64,000 nucleotides of DNA from Octopus vulgaris (GCA_951406725.2 OX597839.1:8308001-8372000), one strand, 5' to 3'. Counted from the first letter of the stretch, positions 16,066-29,609 are shown. The notes: a model not told the origin generated them from the sequence alone. Made by a program: numbers and translations.

Positions 16066-16529
16066 AATATAGGTTGTGTGGTAACAAATTCAGTCGCACT
16101 GCGCATCACCTTGGGCAAGTGCCTTACTATAACCTCGGGTCAATCAAAGCCTTATGGGTGGATCTGGTAAAGAGAAATTGAAAGAAGCCCGTCGTGTATA
16201 TATACATATATACTTGTGTGTTTGTCTTTGTCTCTGTTCGTCCCCTACTCCAACAATTGACAACCGGTGTTGGTGTCATTACGTCCACGTAACTTAGCAG
16301 TTCAGCAACAGAGAACGATAGAACAGTTCAAGTATTAAAAGGGGAAAAAAGTACAGGGGTCAATTTATTCGATTAGAATTTCTTCAAGGCTGAAATATAT
16401 ATATCCCTTACTATTGAAAATGATCTTGGTATCAGCATTTAGCACGCTTTCGCTAATGGTTTTAGAAGCCCAATAGAACATCTGAGATACGAGGGAAGGA
16501 GAGAGAGAGATGGGGGAGAGACATGTAAG

Positions 16530-16830
16530 GTACATGGCCCAGTGGTTAGAGCAGCGGACTCGCGGTCGAGGGATCGCGGGTTCGAATCTCAGACCGGGCG
16601 ATGTGTGTGTTTATGAGCGAAACACCTAAGCACAAAGCGGCTCCGACAGAAGGTAATGGTGAACTTCTGCTGACTCTTTCGCCACAAGTTTCTCTCACTC
16701 TTTCCTCCTGCATCTTGCAGCTCACCTGCGATGGACCGGCGTCCCGTCCAGATGGGGAACCTATACGCCAAGGAAACCGGGAAGCCGGCCCTTATGAGCC
16801 AAGGATGGCTCGAGAAGGAACAAACAAGAA
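16530..16830 (+). mobile_element. tRNA-Arg-like SINE family C, tail type 1 (possibly the octopus OR1/OR2 group)
   Basis: TGGCCCAGTGGTTAGAGC A-box, ACTCGCG anticodon-like loop, GGTTCGAATC B-box; 5' half shared with 36434-36735. Confidence 0.8.
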
Positions 16831-17624
16831 GGTGAGACAGACAGACAGACTAAGAAAAAGAGTGAGCATTGCTAGTGTTTGTCTTTATCGGCCCCGTAAG
16901 CATGAAATATGAAAGTAGCCGTAGTAATATTTGAACACAGTGTGCTGAAGGCGGACCGATCATCACAAAGAATCGTAGCCAACATTATTCGGTCGAAAAA
17001 TTCTGTTAATACGACACACACACACACGCGAATATGTACGTTTACACACACGCACACTCGTATACATACACATGCATTCACATACACAAAATATAAACAC
17101 ATACACACAAACTCGCACAACAACACACCTATACACACACATCTTATTCGTTTCCATGCGTGTCTCTATATAGGTGTGCATATGTGTGTACGCATGCGTG
17201 GTTGTACGTACGAGTGTATTTGACTGTTTACTAACACGCTATGTATTTAGACATCTACGTCACTACCCCTACGTAAATACATACACATGGACACACACAC
17301 TCACATCCACAGTTGATATTAAATCGCACAAGTGTTAACAGCCGACAACTAATTGACGCCAATGTTATCAGTTATCAGACGATCGCGATCTTATCAGTTT
17401 GGGTATTAGGTTCACATCGCAGAGGAGTATCAGTTTCGATCCTAGCTGACGGTTGCAAAGTTCGGTACATAGTGACATTTCACGAAACGGGCCTAGGAAA
17501 ATAATATATACTCAATAATCTGATAAACAGTCATTTTTCTTAATCCCCTTGTCTGTCTGCCGCTCTTCTCTCATCTCTCTCTCTCTTCGCAGATATACAC
17601 ACACACCAAATACATATGTGTGAG

Positions 17625-17649
<25 letters not shown>

Positions 17650-17660
<11 letters not shown>

Positions 17661-17731
17661 ATTTAAGAGTCATATGCGTACAGACATACATATGTACATA
17701 CGTACATGTGTGTCTCGTTTTATGTGCACAC

Positions 17732-17784
<53 letters not shown>

Positions 17785-17855
17785 ATTTAAGAGTCATATG
17801 CGTACAGACATACATATGTACATACGTACATGTGTGTCTCGTTTTATGTGCACAC

Positions 17856-17905
<50 letters not shown>

Positions 17906-17998
17906 GGGTGTGCACATAAACCGAGACACACATGTACATACACACATCTACATATGTACATATGTATGTATGTCTGTACGCATATGACTCTTAAATTT
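17650..17998. repeat. About 85-bp unit present twice in tandem and once inverted around (TA)n
   Basis: AATTTAAGAGTCATATGCG..GTGCACACCCA at about 17660 and 17784; reverse complement at about 17905-17997. Confidence 0.88.
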
Positions 17999-18525
17999 AT
18001 GACCTATAAACATAACTGTGTATATATATATATGCGTGCAATACAAACATACTTGCATGTATGAGCATATATATTTGTAAACGAGCATCTATAATTATAC
18101 ACAAGTATGTTTATATGGATACATATGCACCCACACACGCACACACACATGTATATGCATAAATAAATGTATACACTCACGTATATGTATTTACGTGCGT
18201 GTATACATACATGAATACATGCATGGACATATACACAGATAAGAAAGAGAAACAGCCATATATATATATATTTACTGTTTTACAAACATATTTAATATTT
18301 ATGGTATCTAACAGTTGAAACAAATTAACATCCCTCTTATAAAGAGAGGACCACCCGTATTGTGCATTTGGGATAATCTATAGCTCTGTCATATACGACA
18401 CACGAAATATTATGGTGAATTATGTCTATAATACAAGAAATTTTATATATATATACACTAAATTGTCAGATACACAACTATATGTATGTATATACGAATG
18501 TTTTTATTCATAACTGCATACATTG

Positions 18526-18581
<56 letters not shown>

Positions 18582-18711
18582 ACACACACGCATATGTGTA
18601 CGTGTGCGTACACACACACGCATATATATTTATTGTATTCATATGTATGTGTATATGTATTTTACATATATGCATACGTATATTCCTGAACTATATATAT
18701 GTACACACATA

Positions 18712-18748
<37 letters not shown>

Positions 18749-19089
18749 GCGCATACTCATATGTATAACTATGCATTTGATGTGTTGTGTGTGTGTGTGT
18801 ATCATGTAGTCGAGTAGTATATAATCGGTCAGAAAGTTATCCTTGGTTTCACCTCTACCATTGCACTTGGAAATATAAGAAACACATCGGCCCTACTGGT
18901 CAGAAGCATTTAGCCTTTTTACAAACGGAGGTAAATAGTCTCGGTTATTTTGGTGAGGGAAAAATGAAAACAACCCATTCTGAGATTTACCGCTCCCTGA
19001 ACGAAATGCGTTTTCTCGTTCTCAAGTCCAGGAACGGGGAAGACTACGTTTCGAAAACTAATTTTCTATCATGAAAAACTTCTACACGA

Positions 19090-19470
19090 TTTTAAAAATT
19101 TATTTTAGGATCATTGTCCTCTTGGCCAATCAAAATTTGCACCGTCTACTTCCGTTGAGCTAAGACTCAGGTCGATACTGCACCTTCCAGTTAATTCTGT
19201 ATGGCGCCTCCTCTTCTTTCAATAGCTATATATAGCTGGCTAATGTAACGTTGCACCTCCCGCTGATTTTCAAAGAAGTCCTGTGGTTATTTAACCTGAC
19301 CTTAAAGGAGCTCTCCGTTGCTCTAAAATGTTTCTGTGTGCGTGAATCATTTCGTTGTTGCTGTTGCTGTTAGGCATTACCTCTACTTCATAGGATATGG
19401 CCTCAGATTTGAGTCTACCATCTAGTGGGCACTCACGAATAGTATTACATGAGCATCCTGCCTCTGTGCA
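19090..19470 (-). pseudogene. Decayed Penelope-like element C-terminus (Cys-rich linker + GIY-YIG endonuclease), Naiad-like
   Basis: Manual translation: CSCNTIRECPLDG..EAISYEVEV; ATESSFKVRLNNHRTSL; TLASYI*LLKEEEAPYRINWKV; RRCKF*LAK..IL. Contains frameshifts and stops. Confidence 0.8.
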
Positions 19471-19815
19471 GAGAGATTATTCAATGGACATAGCTAAAAC
19501 GTCTCTTTCAGCTGTGCTCTTAGTCTAAAAAAAGCTATCCGTGAACGCTCTCCAAGTCACAAACAGCTCCTTAAAAAAAAAGCCGTTCTTTTGACAGCGA
19601 ATCAAAACTAACAAGTCTGCTAATTTTGTGTCTAAATTTTAAGATTCCGCACAGGTGTCATAGCAACTAAAGTCACCACACCCTGCTGAGATTCCATCTA
19701 TTATAATCGATGCCTGGAAAATATTGATAAATATGTGACCACGGCTTACATATCTATCAATAAGAAGTGAAGCTGTTACCAAAACCAGAAACGGAATCAG
19801 GTTATCATCAGTAGA

Positions 19816-20280
19816 GAGGCGAGGTGGCAAAATTGTTAGCACACCGGGCAAATTGCTTAGCGGTATTTCGTCTGCCGCTATGTTCTGAGTTCAAATTCCA
19901 TCGAGATCGACTTTGCCGTTCATCATTTCGGGGTCGATTAAATAAGTACCAGTTACGCACTGAGGTCGATATAATCGACTTAATCCGTTTATATGTCCTT
20001 GTTTGTCCCCTCTGTGTGTAGCCCCTTGTGGGTAGTAAAGAAATAGGTATTTCGTCTGCCGTTACGTTCTGAGTTCAAATTCCGCCGAGGTCGACTTTGC
20101 CTTTCATCCTTTCGGGGTCGATTAAATAAGTACCAGTTAAGCACTGGGGTCGATATAATCGACTTAATCCGTTTGTCTGTCCTTGTTTGTCCGCTCTGTG
20201 TTTAGTCCCTTGTGGGTAGTAAAGAAATAGGTATTTCGTCTCTCTGTACATTCTGAGTTGAAATTCCGCCTAGGTCTTCT
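19816..20280 (+). mobile_element. Tandem SINE family B array: one copy plus head-truncated about 183-bp repeats
   Basis: GGTATTTCGTCT restarts at about 19862, 20046 and 20230. Confidence 0.88.
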
Positions 20281-20757
20281 CGTGCGACACAATACTGCTG
20301 CTAAAGTTACATACTGTACAGTGCTATCGTGAAACAGATTGCCTAAATAACTGCACTAAGAGTACGCCAGGTGTAACATTACAATAAAAACATCAAGCGG
20401 GTGTAAACACAAAGGGACAAATAACGTTCAATGGGACAAGGAACAAATGTTAGGTATTATCATGAAGGTCAGATGTCCAGCAATTGTAAATAGACGCAAG
20501 AGTGGCTGTATGGTAAATAGGCGTAGGAGTGGCTGTGTGGTAAGTAGCTTGCTTACGAACCACATAGTTCCGGGTACAGGCAGGGGAAGAAAGACAATTA
20601 AACATACACACACACACACGACGTGCTCCTTCTAGCTCCCTCGGCCCGAGGTTATAGTAGAAGACACTTGCCCAAGGTGCCATGCAGTGGGACTGAACCC
20701 GGAACGAAGTGGTTGAAAAGCAAGCTTCTTACTACACAGCCAAGCCTGCACCTATAA

Positions 20758-20821
<64 letters not shown>

Positions 20822-20942
20822 GCATAAAAACACGTTCGTATTTCTGCATACATGCATACAAAAACTCACAACTCACTTAAAAATACACGCATGTACACAT
20901 ACGCATAAATATACATATACATATATATATACATAAATATTT

Positions 20943-20972
20943 CTAGTTACAAACTCGCGCAACGCAGGGTGC
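20943..20972 (-). mobile_element. Helitron-like 3' terminus
   Basis: Minus strand ACCCTGCGTTGCGCGAGT hairpin a few nt before CTAG; 5' extent not determined. Confidence 0.4.
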
Positions 20973-21394
20973 GAAACACCCCAAACCTAACCCCTTCAAC
21001 TGAAGCCTTGTCGAATGTTTAACTGCACTGATGCTTCGCAGCCGCGATAAGCTGCACACTGACATATTGCAGCCTGGATCAGGCGCTAGTAAGTCTATCG
21101 GAACTGGAATCTACGATGAAAATATTACCAATTTTTACAGCTTGGTAGACTAAGCAATTACAATTAAGTGCCGTGCTCAAAGCCACCATTACATCGGCCA
21201 TAACACTGATATCATCTATCGGAACGCCATTAGCGAATATGAAGGTTGTTTTTTTTTTGGATCTAATCCATTTCTACACACAAGCATGCACAAAATATAA
21301 GGTCTATATATGTGTGTATGTGTTTGAATACACACACACACACACGCGCATTAATATGTGCACAGTTTGTGTGTGATTTCCCGTCTGTTATACT

Positions 21395-21450
<56 letters not shown>

Positions 21451-21617
21451 CATGCTTGCGATTTTTTACATCCGCAGTATTTTTTACTTTGTATGCGCAT
21501 GTGCGAAATCACAGTTTTAATTTAATGATAAAAACAATAAAGATAAATATATAAATACATAATAAAGATAAAGAAAATGTTTTATGATTATTATTATCAT
21601 CATTATCGACATCACAA

Positions 21618-21666
<49 letters not shown>

Positions 21667-21818
21667 GGCAGCGAACCGGCAGAAGTGTTACCATGCCGGT
21701 CAAAATACCAGAGTTCAAATCCTGCCATGATCAACTTTGCCTCTCTGCTTTTAAGACGGCAAGGTGACTGAATCGTTACCACGCGGGACGAAATGTATGT
21801 GCACACACACACACACAA

Positions 21819-21849
<31 letters not shown>

Positions 21850-22027
21850 CGATGGGCGTTTTCCAGTTTCCGTTTACCATATCCACTCACAAGGATTTGG
21901 CTGGCCCGTGACTCTAGTAGAAGACACTTAACCGAGGTGCCACGCAGTGGGACTGAACCCAGAACCGTGTGGTTGGGAAGTAAGCTTCTTATCACACAAC
22001 CACGCCTGCACCTATATGTGTGTGTTT

Positions 22028-22261
22028 AAGGCGGTGAGCTGGCAGAAACGTTAGCACGCCGGGCGAAATGTTTGGCAGTATTTCGTCTGCCGCTACGTTC
22101 TGAGTTCAAATTCCGCCGAGGTCGACTTTGCCTTTCATCCTTTCGGGGTCGATGAAATAAAGTACCAGTTACGCACTGGGATCGATATAATCGACTTAAT
22201 CCCTTTGTCTGTCCTTCTTTGTCCCCTCTATGTTTAGCCCCTTGTGGGCAGTAAAGAAATA
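22028..22261 (+). mobile_element. SINE family B, full-length copy
   Basis: GGCGGTGAGCTGGCAGAA head, GAGTTCAAATTCC B-box, GTCGACTTTGCCTTTCATCC box, GCCCCTTGTGGG hairpin and AAAGAAATA tail. Confidence 0.88.
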
Positions 22262-22315
22262 TATATATATGTATGTGTGTGTGTTTGTTGTGTATGAGAC
22301 TATCAGTGTTTGAGT

Positions 22316-22743
22316 CTCTTACTCTTTACTCTTTTATTCTTTTACTTGTTTCAGTCATTTGACTGTGGCCAAGCTGGGGCACCGCCTTTAGTCGAGCATA
22401 TCGACCCCAGGACTTATTCTTTGTAAGCCTAGTACTTATACTATCGGTCTCTTTTGCCGAACCGCTAAGTTACGGGGAGGTAAATATACCAGCATCGATT
22501 GTCAAGCGATGTTGGGGGGGACAAATACAGACACACAAACATACACACACACAGATATATATACATATATATATATACATATATACGACGGGCTTCTTTC
22601 AGTTTCCGTCTACCAAATCCACTCACAAGGCTTTGGTCGACCCGAGGCTATAGTAGAAGACACTTGCCCAAGGTGCCACGCAGTGGGACTGGACCCGGAA
22701 CCATGTGGTTGGTAAACAAGCTACTTACCACACAGCCACTCCT
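22316..22743 (-). mobile_element. SINE family A copy
   Basis: Reverse complement matches 32802-33214. Confidence 0.9.
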
Positions 22744-23333
22744 AAGCCTGTATGTTTTTGGACTAACAGTTTGTGTGTATGAGAGAGAGAGGTATTAGTT
22801 ATTCATCGATCGAACTGAATGCAGAGCGCTAGTAAGTCACTTGCTTTATCAGTGGACAATTAAGTCTATTTTACAGCCTGTGAAGCGCCTCCGTCCGCCA
22901 CCACCCAAGCATCTCTTTAATAGAGTTGTGCAATATTAGATCGGAAACAGCGACGCTAACGGTGACGGCTCCATCTACGTCGGCAACAACATTGACATAA
23001 AATATCACTAACAGCTATAAATGACATCAAAAACAATAACATCAACACCCATGGCAACAACGATACAAGCAACGTCAACAACAACAGTATCAATAACAAC
23101 AACAGCAACATCATTTTCGACAGCAATAACAAATACTATGAGCCACAGGAATGGCGACAGCAACTATGTTCAACACCAGATCGTCCTTCGCTGTCATAGA
23201 CAACGAAAACAAGAACGACTTTGATGATGCGTTGTAATTTGAGGAAGACTTGGCTGATATATCTAGCAGGTCGGGTGACTACGTGGAGGGTTTGTGTGGT
23301 TGGAGTCTTCGATGGAAGTAAAAGAGTGGTATG

Positions 23334-23566
23334 AAGGGGGAGCTGGCAGAAACGTTAGCACGCCCGGCGAAATGCTTAGCGGTATTTCGTCTGCGTTACG
23401 TTGTGAGTTCAAATTCCGCCGAAGTCGACTTTGCCTTTCATCCTTTGGGGGTCGATAAATTAAGTACCAGTTACGCACTGGGATCGATGTAATCGACTTA
23501 ATACCCATGTCTGTCCTTGTTTGTCCCCTCTATGTTTAGCCCCTTGTGGGTAGTAAAGAAATAGGT
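23334..23566 (+). mobile_element. SINE family B copy with 11-bp TSD (GGTATGAAGGG)
   Basis: TSD at about 23329 and 23565. Further copies: 2378-2600(-), 28925-29150(-), 47770-47860(-), 47994-48225(-), 59345-59675(-), 61897-62110(-). Confidence 0.88.
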
Positions 23567-24356
23567 ATGAAGGGTGAGTAGGATGAAGAAGTGAGAGAAG
23601 ATGGAGATTGAGAGGAAAACGCGTGGTAAAAAGAAAACCCGGGAATATACGACAAATAGTGAATGCAGCAACGTGGTAGAACGGCACATGCCTCCACACT
23701 AGACGTAACCTGTTGTTGTTTAGTTACAGGTGAACACCAATGATGAAAAAACAGTTCAGCTATGATGGTCCCTTCATTTTACAATGTACCAGCAGCACAG
23801 TATCCACAACATTATCCAACGTCTCCTTTTCTGCTGCAATGTTATGTCGGTGCGTCATATGAGGGAGATATGGTTACTGTTTCTTGCAGGCCGGGTGGTC
23901 ACTTAAAGGTTGCTATGTTAGTTCGCAAAAAAAAGCTTCTTATTTTGATTTAAAAGGAGATTTCCTTTTCTTTAAATCAAGGAAGGGAAAACGGGACTTG
24001 TCAGAGCCTTGTATCAGTGGCCCCGAAAAAGAAAGTGAGGCAGTTAATATCACATTGGAAAGCTTATAACTAAATGTGGCTGAGACTACGCGCCTTCATT
24101 GGTCAGTTAAAGTTGAGACAGTGTCACGTGACAACTTGCTGGGGCTGCCTGCTGGAGCCTAGCAGCAGGTATTTAAGGGGAAATTTTACAAGACAGTCAG
24201 TTGCCCTCTGACACACGTTGACGCTACATCGAAGAAGCCAGGGAACAGAAGAAAGAAGACATGCACCAAACACCAGAGCTGAAGACACCTCCGAAAAGGT
24301 GTGGGGGCGCCACGTCAAAACGGTAGAGAAGTAGGGGCCGAAACCGGACGTGTTTC

Positions 24357-24435
24357 CTCCTGATGATGTCTTGAGCTAACTGGATCCTATAAAGGAGCTG
24401 TTGTGGTAGCTAACAGACCACGAAACACGGTTGAG
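24357..24435 (+). ncRNA. Type I hammerhead-like motif
   Basis: CTC-CTGATGA-TGTCT..AGCTA..TAGCT..AGAC-CAC-GAAA-CACGG-TT-GAG. Confidence 0.6.
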
Positions 24436-25256
24436 ATTCCTAAATGATAGCAAATATGCTAAAGGTCTACAATGTTCTTAATGTTCCAGTCTATGAACCG
24501 GCCATATTTTCAGGTTCGACATTGTATTTCTCAAAATTATATATCCGAGGGTTAAGCTCTTCAGACGAACACACTACGTTCTCTCTTCCTAACACATCGT
24601 CCTGGTCGCCATCCCGCTATCTCGCTATTTCTTATGACTGAGAGTTTGATTTTTTCCTCTTTTGAAGGAAATTTCCCCAGGAAGAGTTGCCAATGAGATA
24701 GATTTGTTTACAATGACTCTCAACTTACCAGCGAGTGACCCACAAACTATGGTTCCGGAATCATAATCTGAGACACAGAATGAGATAAGCTGTAGAAGGA
24801 GATAGGTAATCTCTGGTGATGAAAGTGCACTGACTTGGATGTAATCTTGAGTGGCACTTTCTTAGCTATTCCAACTGGCGGGGGTTCCCCTCTGTTACAT
24901 CGATAGTATACAACAGCTTACTTTGTGGTTCTGATGAGGGACATCTCTGAGTGGGATTTGCCCTAACAGGAGTGCTAGACTCCTGACAGAAACGCTCTCA
25001 GAATCACTGGATCAAACATGCCGTCGACAGCGACAAGCTCGACCATCAGTCGGATCCTGGGATGTGTGTGTGTGTGTGTGTGTGTGTGGAAAGAGGGATT
25101 GGATAAATGTGAAATGGAGTGTTTTGTTCAACAACACAACCCGCCGCCCGGTGTAGGAATCGAACCCACGGTTTCTGCGATCGTAAGGGCAACAGACTAA
25201 CTACTAGGTGACGCGCCTACACTATATATATATATGTGTGTGTGTGTGTATGTGTG

Positions 25257-25460
25257 TGGTTCCACAGCATACAAGAAAAACGGAAACCGGTGAAAGAACA
25301 ACAAACAGGATGTATTATGTTAACGATCAGGAAGAAATGGAAGAAGTCTTTGACATTTCAAGCCTAGACTCTTCAACAGAAAGGAATGAGGAAAGAAAAC
25401 AGATAAGGAGAGAGAGAAAAAAAACATGACCGAATTAATGGTGCTACATGTTTCCCACAT
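25257..25460 (-). mobile_element. Family E copy (second subtype)
   Basis: CTTT-CTGTTGAA-GAGTCTAGGCTT-GAAATGTC-AAAG at 25348-25383; flanked by (TG)n. Confidence 0.6.
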
Positions 25461-25693
25461 ATGTGTGTGTGTGTGTGTGTGTGTGAGTGAGAGAGAGAGA
25501 GAGAGAGAGAGAACTTTCTAGATACTGGTGGCCCGGAATCCCGTATAATCCGCCCAAGTTTACAAGCAGAAACTACACATTCTCGCAGCTGCCAGACTAG
25601 TCCTTGGAGCGGCTTTGATTCACAGAATCTTGCACAGTACAGTATTGATAACCTTTCATGATTTATACTACTGCACAGGTACCTGTTGTGAAT

Positions 25694-26030
25694 GCGCATG
25701 GCTCAGTGGTTAGATCGTCGAGCTTACAATCGTGAGGTTGTGAGTTCGATTCCCGGACCGGGCTGCGTGTTGTGTTCTTGAGCAGGACACTTTATTTCAC
25801 GTTGCTCCAGTTCACTCAGCTGTAGAAATGAGTTGCGACGTCACAGGTACCAAGCTGTATCGGCCCCTTTGCCTTTCCCTTGGATAGCACTGGTGGCGTG
25901 GAGAGGGGCAGTTGGTATGCATGGGCGACTGCTGGCCTTCCACAAACAACCTTGCCCGGACTTGTGCCTCGGAGGGTAACTTCCCAGGTGCAATCCCATG
26001 GTCATTCATGACCGAAGTGGGTCTTCTCCT
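25694..26030 (+). mobile_element. tRNA-derived SINE family D (CORE-like)
   Basis: TGGCTCAGTGGTTAGA, GAGTTCGATTCC, TTGAGCAGGACAC..CTCAGCTGTAGAAATG; related partial copies at 25105-25220(-) and 44118-44245(-). Confidence 0.75.
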
Positions 26031-26643
26031 CCATATATATATCAGTAGTTAAGTACGATCCAGGGATTAAAAAAAACAGTTACCTGTATTTCATTTAATT
26101 ATTTAAAGATATTAAATATGTGTTTAATATAGAACTGATCACTCCTCGTCCGGAAAAATCAGTAATCCGGAAAAGCTTTCGAATCAAAGGTTCCGGAAAA
26201 TCGATGTTATACTCGTGTGTATACGGTGGTGATGGGGCTGGTGGTAAAATCGCTGTCTGCTATCCTATATTTGCTGTCAATAAATCTTAAACATAAGCAA
26301 CTGGAGAGAAAGGGACGCAACTGGTTTTTAGTTTGCGTTTTATAATTTTCATTTTTATCTTTAACTTTTATTTCATTCATTCAAGTTTTCTGTGCACGTG
26401 ATTGTACGTGTAAATATATACTTCTCTCTATCCCTCCTCCCCCTCCCACTGTATCTCTCTTTGTCTGTTTCTGTACATGTGGTGTGTGTGTAGGTAGGGG
26501 TGGGGTCAGAGAGTGTGAGAGGAAGTGAGAAGTATGTTTTTTTTTATGCGCATTATATACATACACAAACCTACGTATAATTTTACATGGATACACACGC
26601 ATACATACGTAAAATTGCATATATATATATGTATGAAACATTC

Positions 26644-26689
<46 letters not shown>

Positions 26690-26757
26690 GTATAAGCAAT
26701 ATATATGCATCGTGTGTGTACATAACGTGTGCATGCATGTCTTATAAGTATATGCAT

Positions 26758-26806
26758 TAGATAGATATAGATAGAAAGATGGATTGATATATAGAGAGAT
26801 AGATAA

Positions 26807-26850
<44 letters not shown>

Positions 26851-26905
26851 GGAGGGAGGGAGGGATAGAGAAATAGAGAGAGATGGATAGAGAGATGGAT
26901 GGATG

Positions 26906-26999
<94 letters not shown>

Positions 27000-27057
27000 G
27001 AAAGAGAGAGAGGGATGGATGGATGGATAGATAGATATGGATAGATAGAGATAGAGA

Positions 27058-27086
<29 letters not shown>
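26758..27086. repeat. (GATA)n compound microsatellite; others at about 46405, 50408, 54795, 55645 and 62408
   Basis: Direct reading. Confidence 0.95.
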
Positions 27087-27088
<2 letters not shown>

Positions 27089-27592
27089 CATAAATACATA
27101 CATAAATACACACATACATGTACACACACATACACACCATTTACCTTAAAAATACATTTTAACCCAAATTACTTGTAGTTTTGGATTAAAATCGTTAAAA
27201 CCTTTAACACAAAAATCTACTGCAAGATTTTAATATTACTTCAAGACTTAGTTCTACCACTTCAATCTCAAATTGAATTGACAAACGAGAAGGACGAGGG
27301 TGACGTTGATTTTTCAATGTTTCTTAAAAGCAAAATGTCTTCTCTTCGAAAACTCACATTCGTTGATTTGTTTCTTGTTTGTTGGTTTTGTTTACCTCTA
27401 TTATACATTTACTTATCCTGGAGTGTGTTTATGTGCTTCAACATTTTAAACCTAGATTTCTTGTAATTGTTTATTTAAAATAAAAAACACCTTTACAAAC
27501 GGTTATACTTACCAAATCACCTAAACCCAATCTCATCAATCTCGACTATGCAAGCGTTATCGAGTTTTATAAGTATAAGTATATATATATAT

Positions 27593-27629
<37 letters not shown>

Positions 27630-27738
27630 TATATTATATATATAACTATGTATATATGTGGGGGTATATGTGTTTAAATGTATATATATGGATGAGTGAA
27701 TATATGCATGTATATATGTATATGTATATATATATAGT

Positions 27739-27791
<53 letters not shown>

Positions 27792-27830
27792 TCTATGTGT
27801 GGATATATGTGTGTGTTTATGTGTGTGTGG

Positions 27831-27861
<31 letters not shown>

Positions 27862-27908
27862 GATATATCCATATATATATATATATATATATATGAATGT
27901 GGATATAT

Positions 27909-27944
<36 letters not shown>

Positions 27945-28708
27945 GCATGTGTGGATATATGTGTGTTTGTGTGTGTATTTGTGTGTGTGTGTGTGAGGAT
28001 GGGTGGATATATATACATGTGTGTATGTATGTCTGTGTTTGTGTGTACATATATGGATTTGTGTATATATGTGTATATGTTTTATTTATTTATACATCTA
28101 TGAATGGATATGTGTATATAGATGGATGGCTCTTTTCATATATTGATGGATATGTGTGTATGAATGTGCGAGCCTAATGGTTCTGGTGTTGCACTTTCGA
28201 CCGTACATTTACAGTTTCGATTCCGGAACTGGGCGATGCTTTCTGTTATTGAAACCAACAGTTTCATTTCACGTTTTTCTAGTCCCTTCAAGTTCGGTAA
28301 GTAAGTTCGGTAAAATAGTTATACTGAAGACAGAAAACACACAGAGAGGTATCTCTGTCTCAACAGCGTGTGTCATAACTACGAGATGACTTAAGTCTAG
28401 CTCCATTTGAAAAGAGGAGATAATCTTAAGAAGCAAGAATTCTCCAAAACTGAAATACCATTGAAGGATTTCCGGCTTGTTGTCCGGGGATATAAGTACA
28501 GTCATGATCACATGGTTCTTCATCAACAGCAGGCATCAGCACAAAATCATGTAAAAACTCTTCACGATTAATAGACTAAATAACTAAACATAGACGCACA
28601 TAGAGATGTACGCATGCGCAAATGAAGACACATACAATAGAAATACAAAATACAAAATGGCTGACCGTTGGTAAGGAGAGACACACAAATAAGCAAGAAA
28701 GCAAAAGA

Positions 28709-28748
28709 CCACTGACGCGGTCACTGGAGTGTGACGAAAGAACTCTGG
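28709..28748 (+). ncRNA. Minimal hammerhead-like motif (A9 substituted)
   Basis: CCA-CTGACGC-G-GTCAC TGGAGT GTGAC-GAAA-GAAC-TC-TGG. Confidence 0.55.
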
Positions 28749-29358
28749 CCGAAATAAGATTAAGATTAATGTAAAAAATGAATAACGCTGAAGCAAAGTA
28801 ACACCAAATATATAGTGCGTGTGTTTTTATATTGGCTAAACTGGCAAAATGACCATTCCTAAATACAACAATATATGTTTCAACACACGATTTCACATCA
28901 AAAATCTTGCAAAACAAATATATATATTTCTTTACTGCTCACAAGGGGCTAAACATGGAGGGGACAAACAAGGACAGACGAAGGGATTGAGTCGATTATA
29001 TCGCCCCCAGTGCGAAACTGGTACTTAATTTATCGACCCCGAAAGGATGAAAGGCAAAGTTGACCTCGACGGAATTTTAACTCAGAACGTAATGACAGAC
29101 GAAATACCGCTAAGCATTTCGCCCGGCGCGCTAACGATTCTGCCAGCTCATAAACGATTAATAGACTCTTTTCACTCTAAATAATGTTGATTGATCAGAA
29201 ATGATAGCTACGTGGAACACCGCGAGGAGAGTAAAGAGACTGAGCAAAATCTCTATGGCCTTGGTGCCAGGTGAGGCTACCACAAGAGACCACAACATGA
29301 AAACAAAGATAGAAATAACTTCTCTATAGAACGAATTAAAGAAAAATGAACATAACAT

Positions 29359-29536
29359 AGGCGTAGGAGTGGCTGTGTGGTAAGTAGCTTGTTTACCAAC
29401 CACATGGTTTCGGGTTCAGTCCCACTGCGTGGCACCTTGGGCAAGTGTCTTCTACTATAGCCTCGGGCCGACCAATGCCTTGTGAGTGGATTTGGTAGAC
29501 GGAAACTGAAAGAAGCCCGTTGTATGTATGTATATG

Positions 29537-29609
<73 letters not shown>

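Noticed and set aside
16530-16600. tRNA gene (also 25694 and 36434)
   Set aside because: A/B boxes are present but the acceptor stem is poor and the sequence runs on into SINE bodies
22499-22798. Recurrent peptides such as GLLSVSVYQIHSQG..EDTCPRCHAVGL in many ORFs
   Set aside because: Translations of SINE A copies, not a gene family
25515-26215. Possible old Tigger-like MITE interrupted by SINE D
   Set aside because: Only one end resembles a TIR (TCCGGAAAATCG repeats) and a matching end could not be fixed
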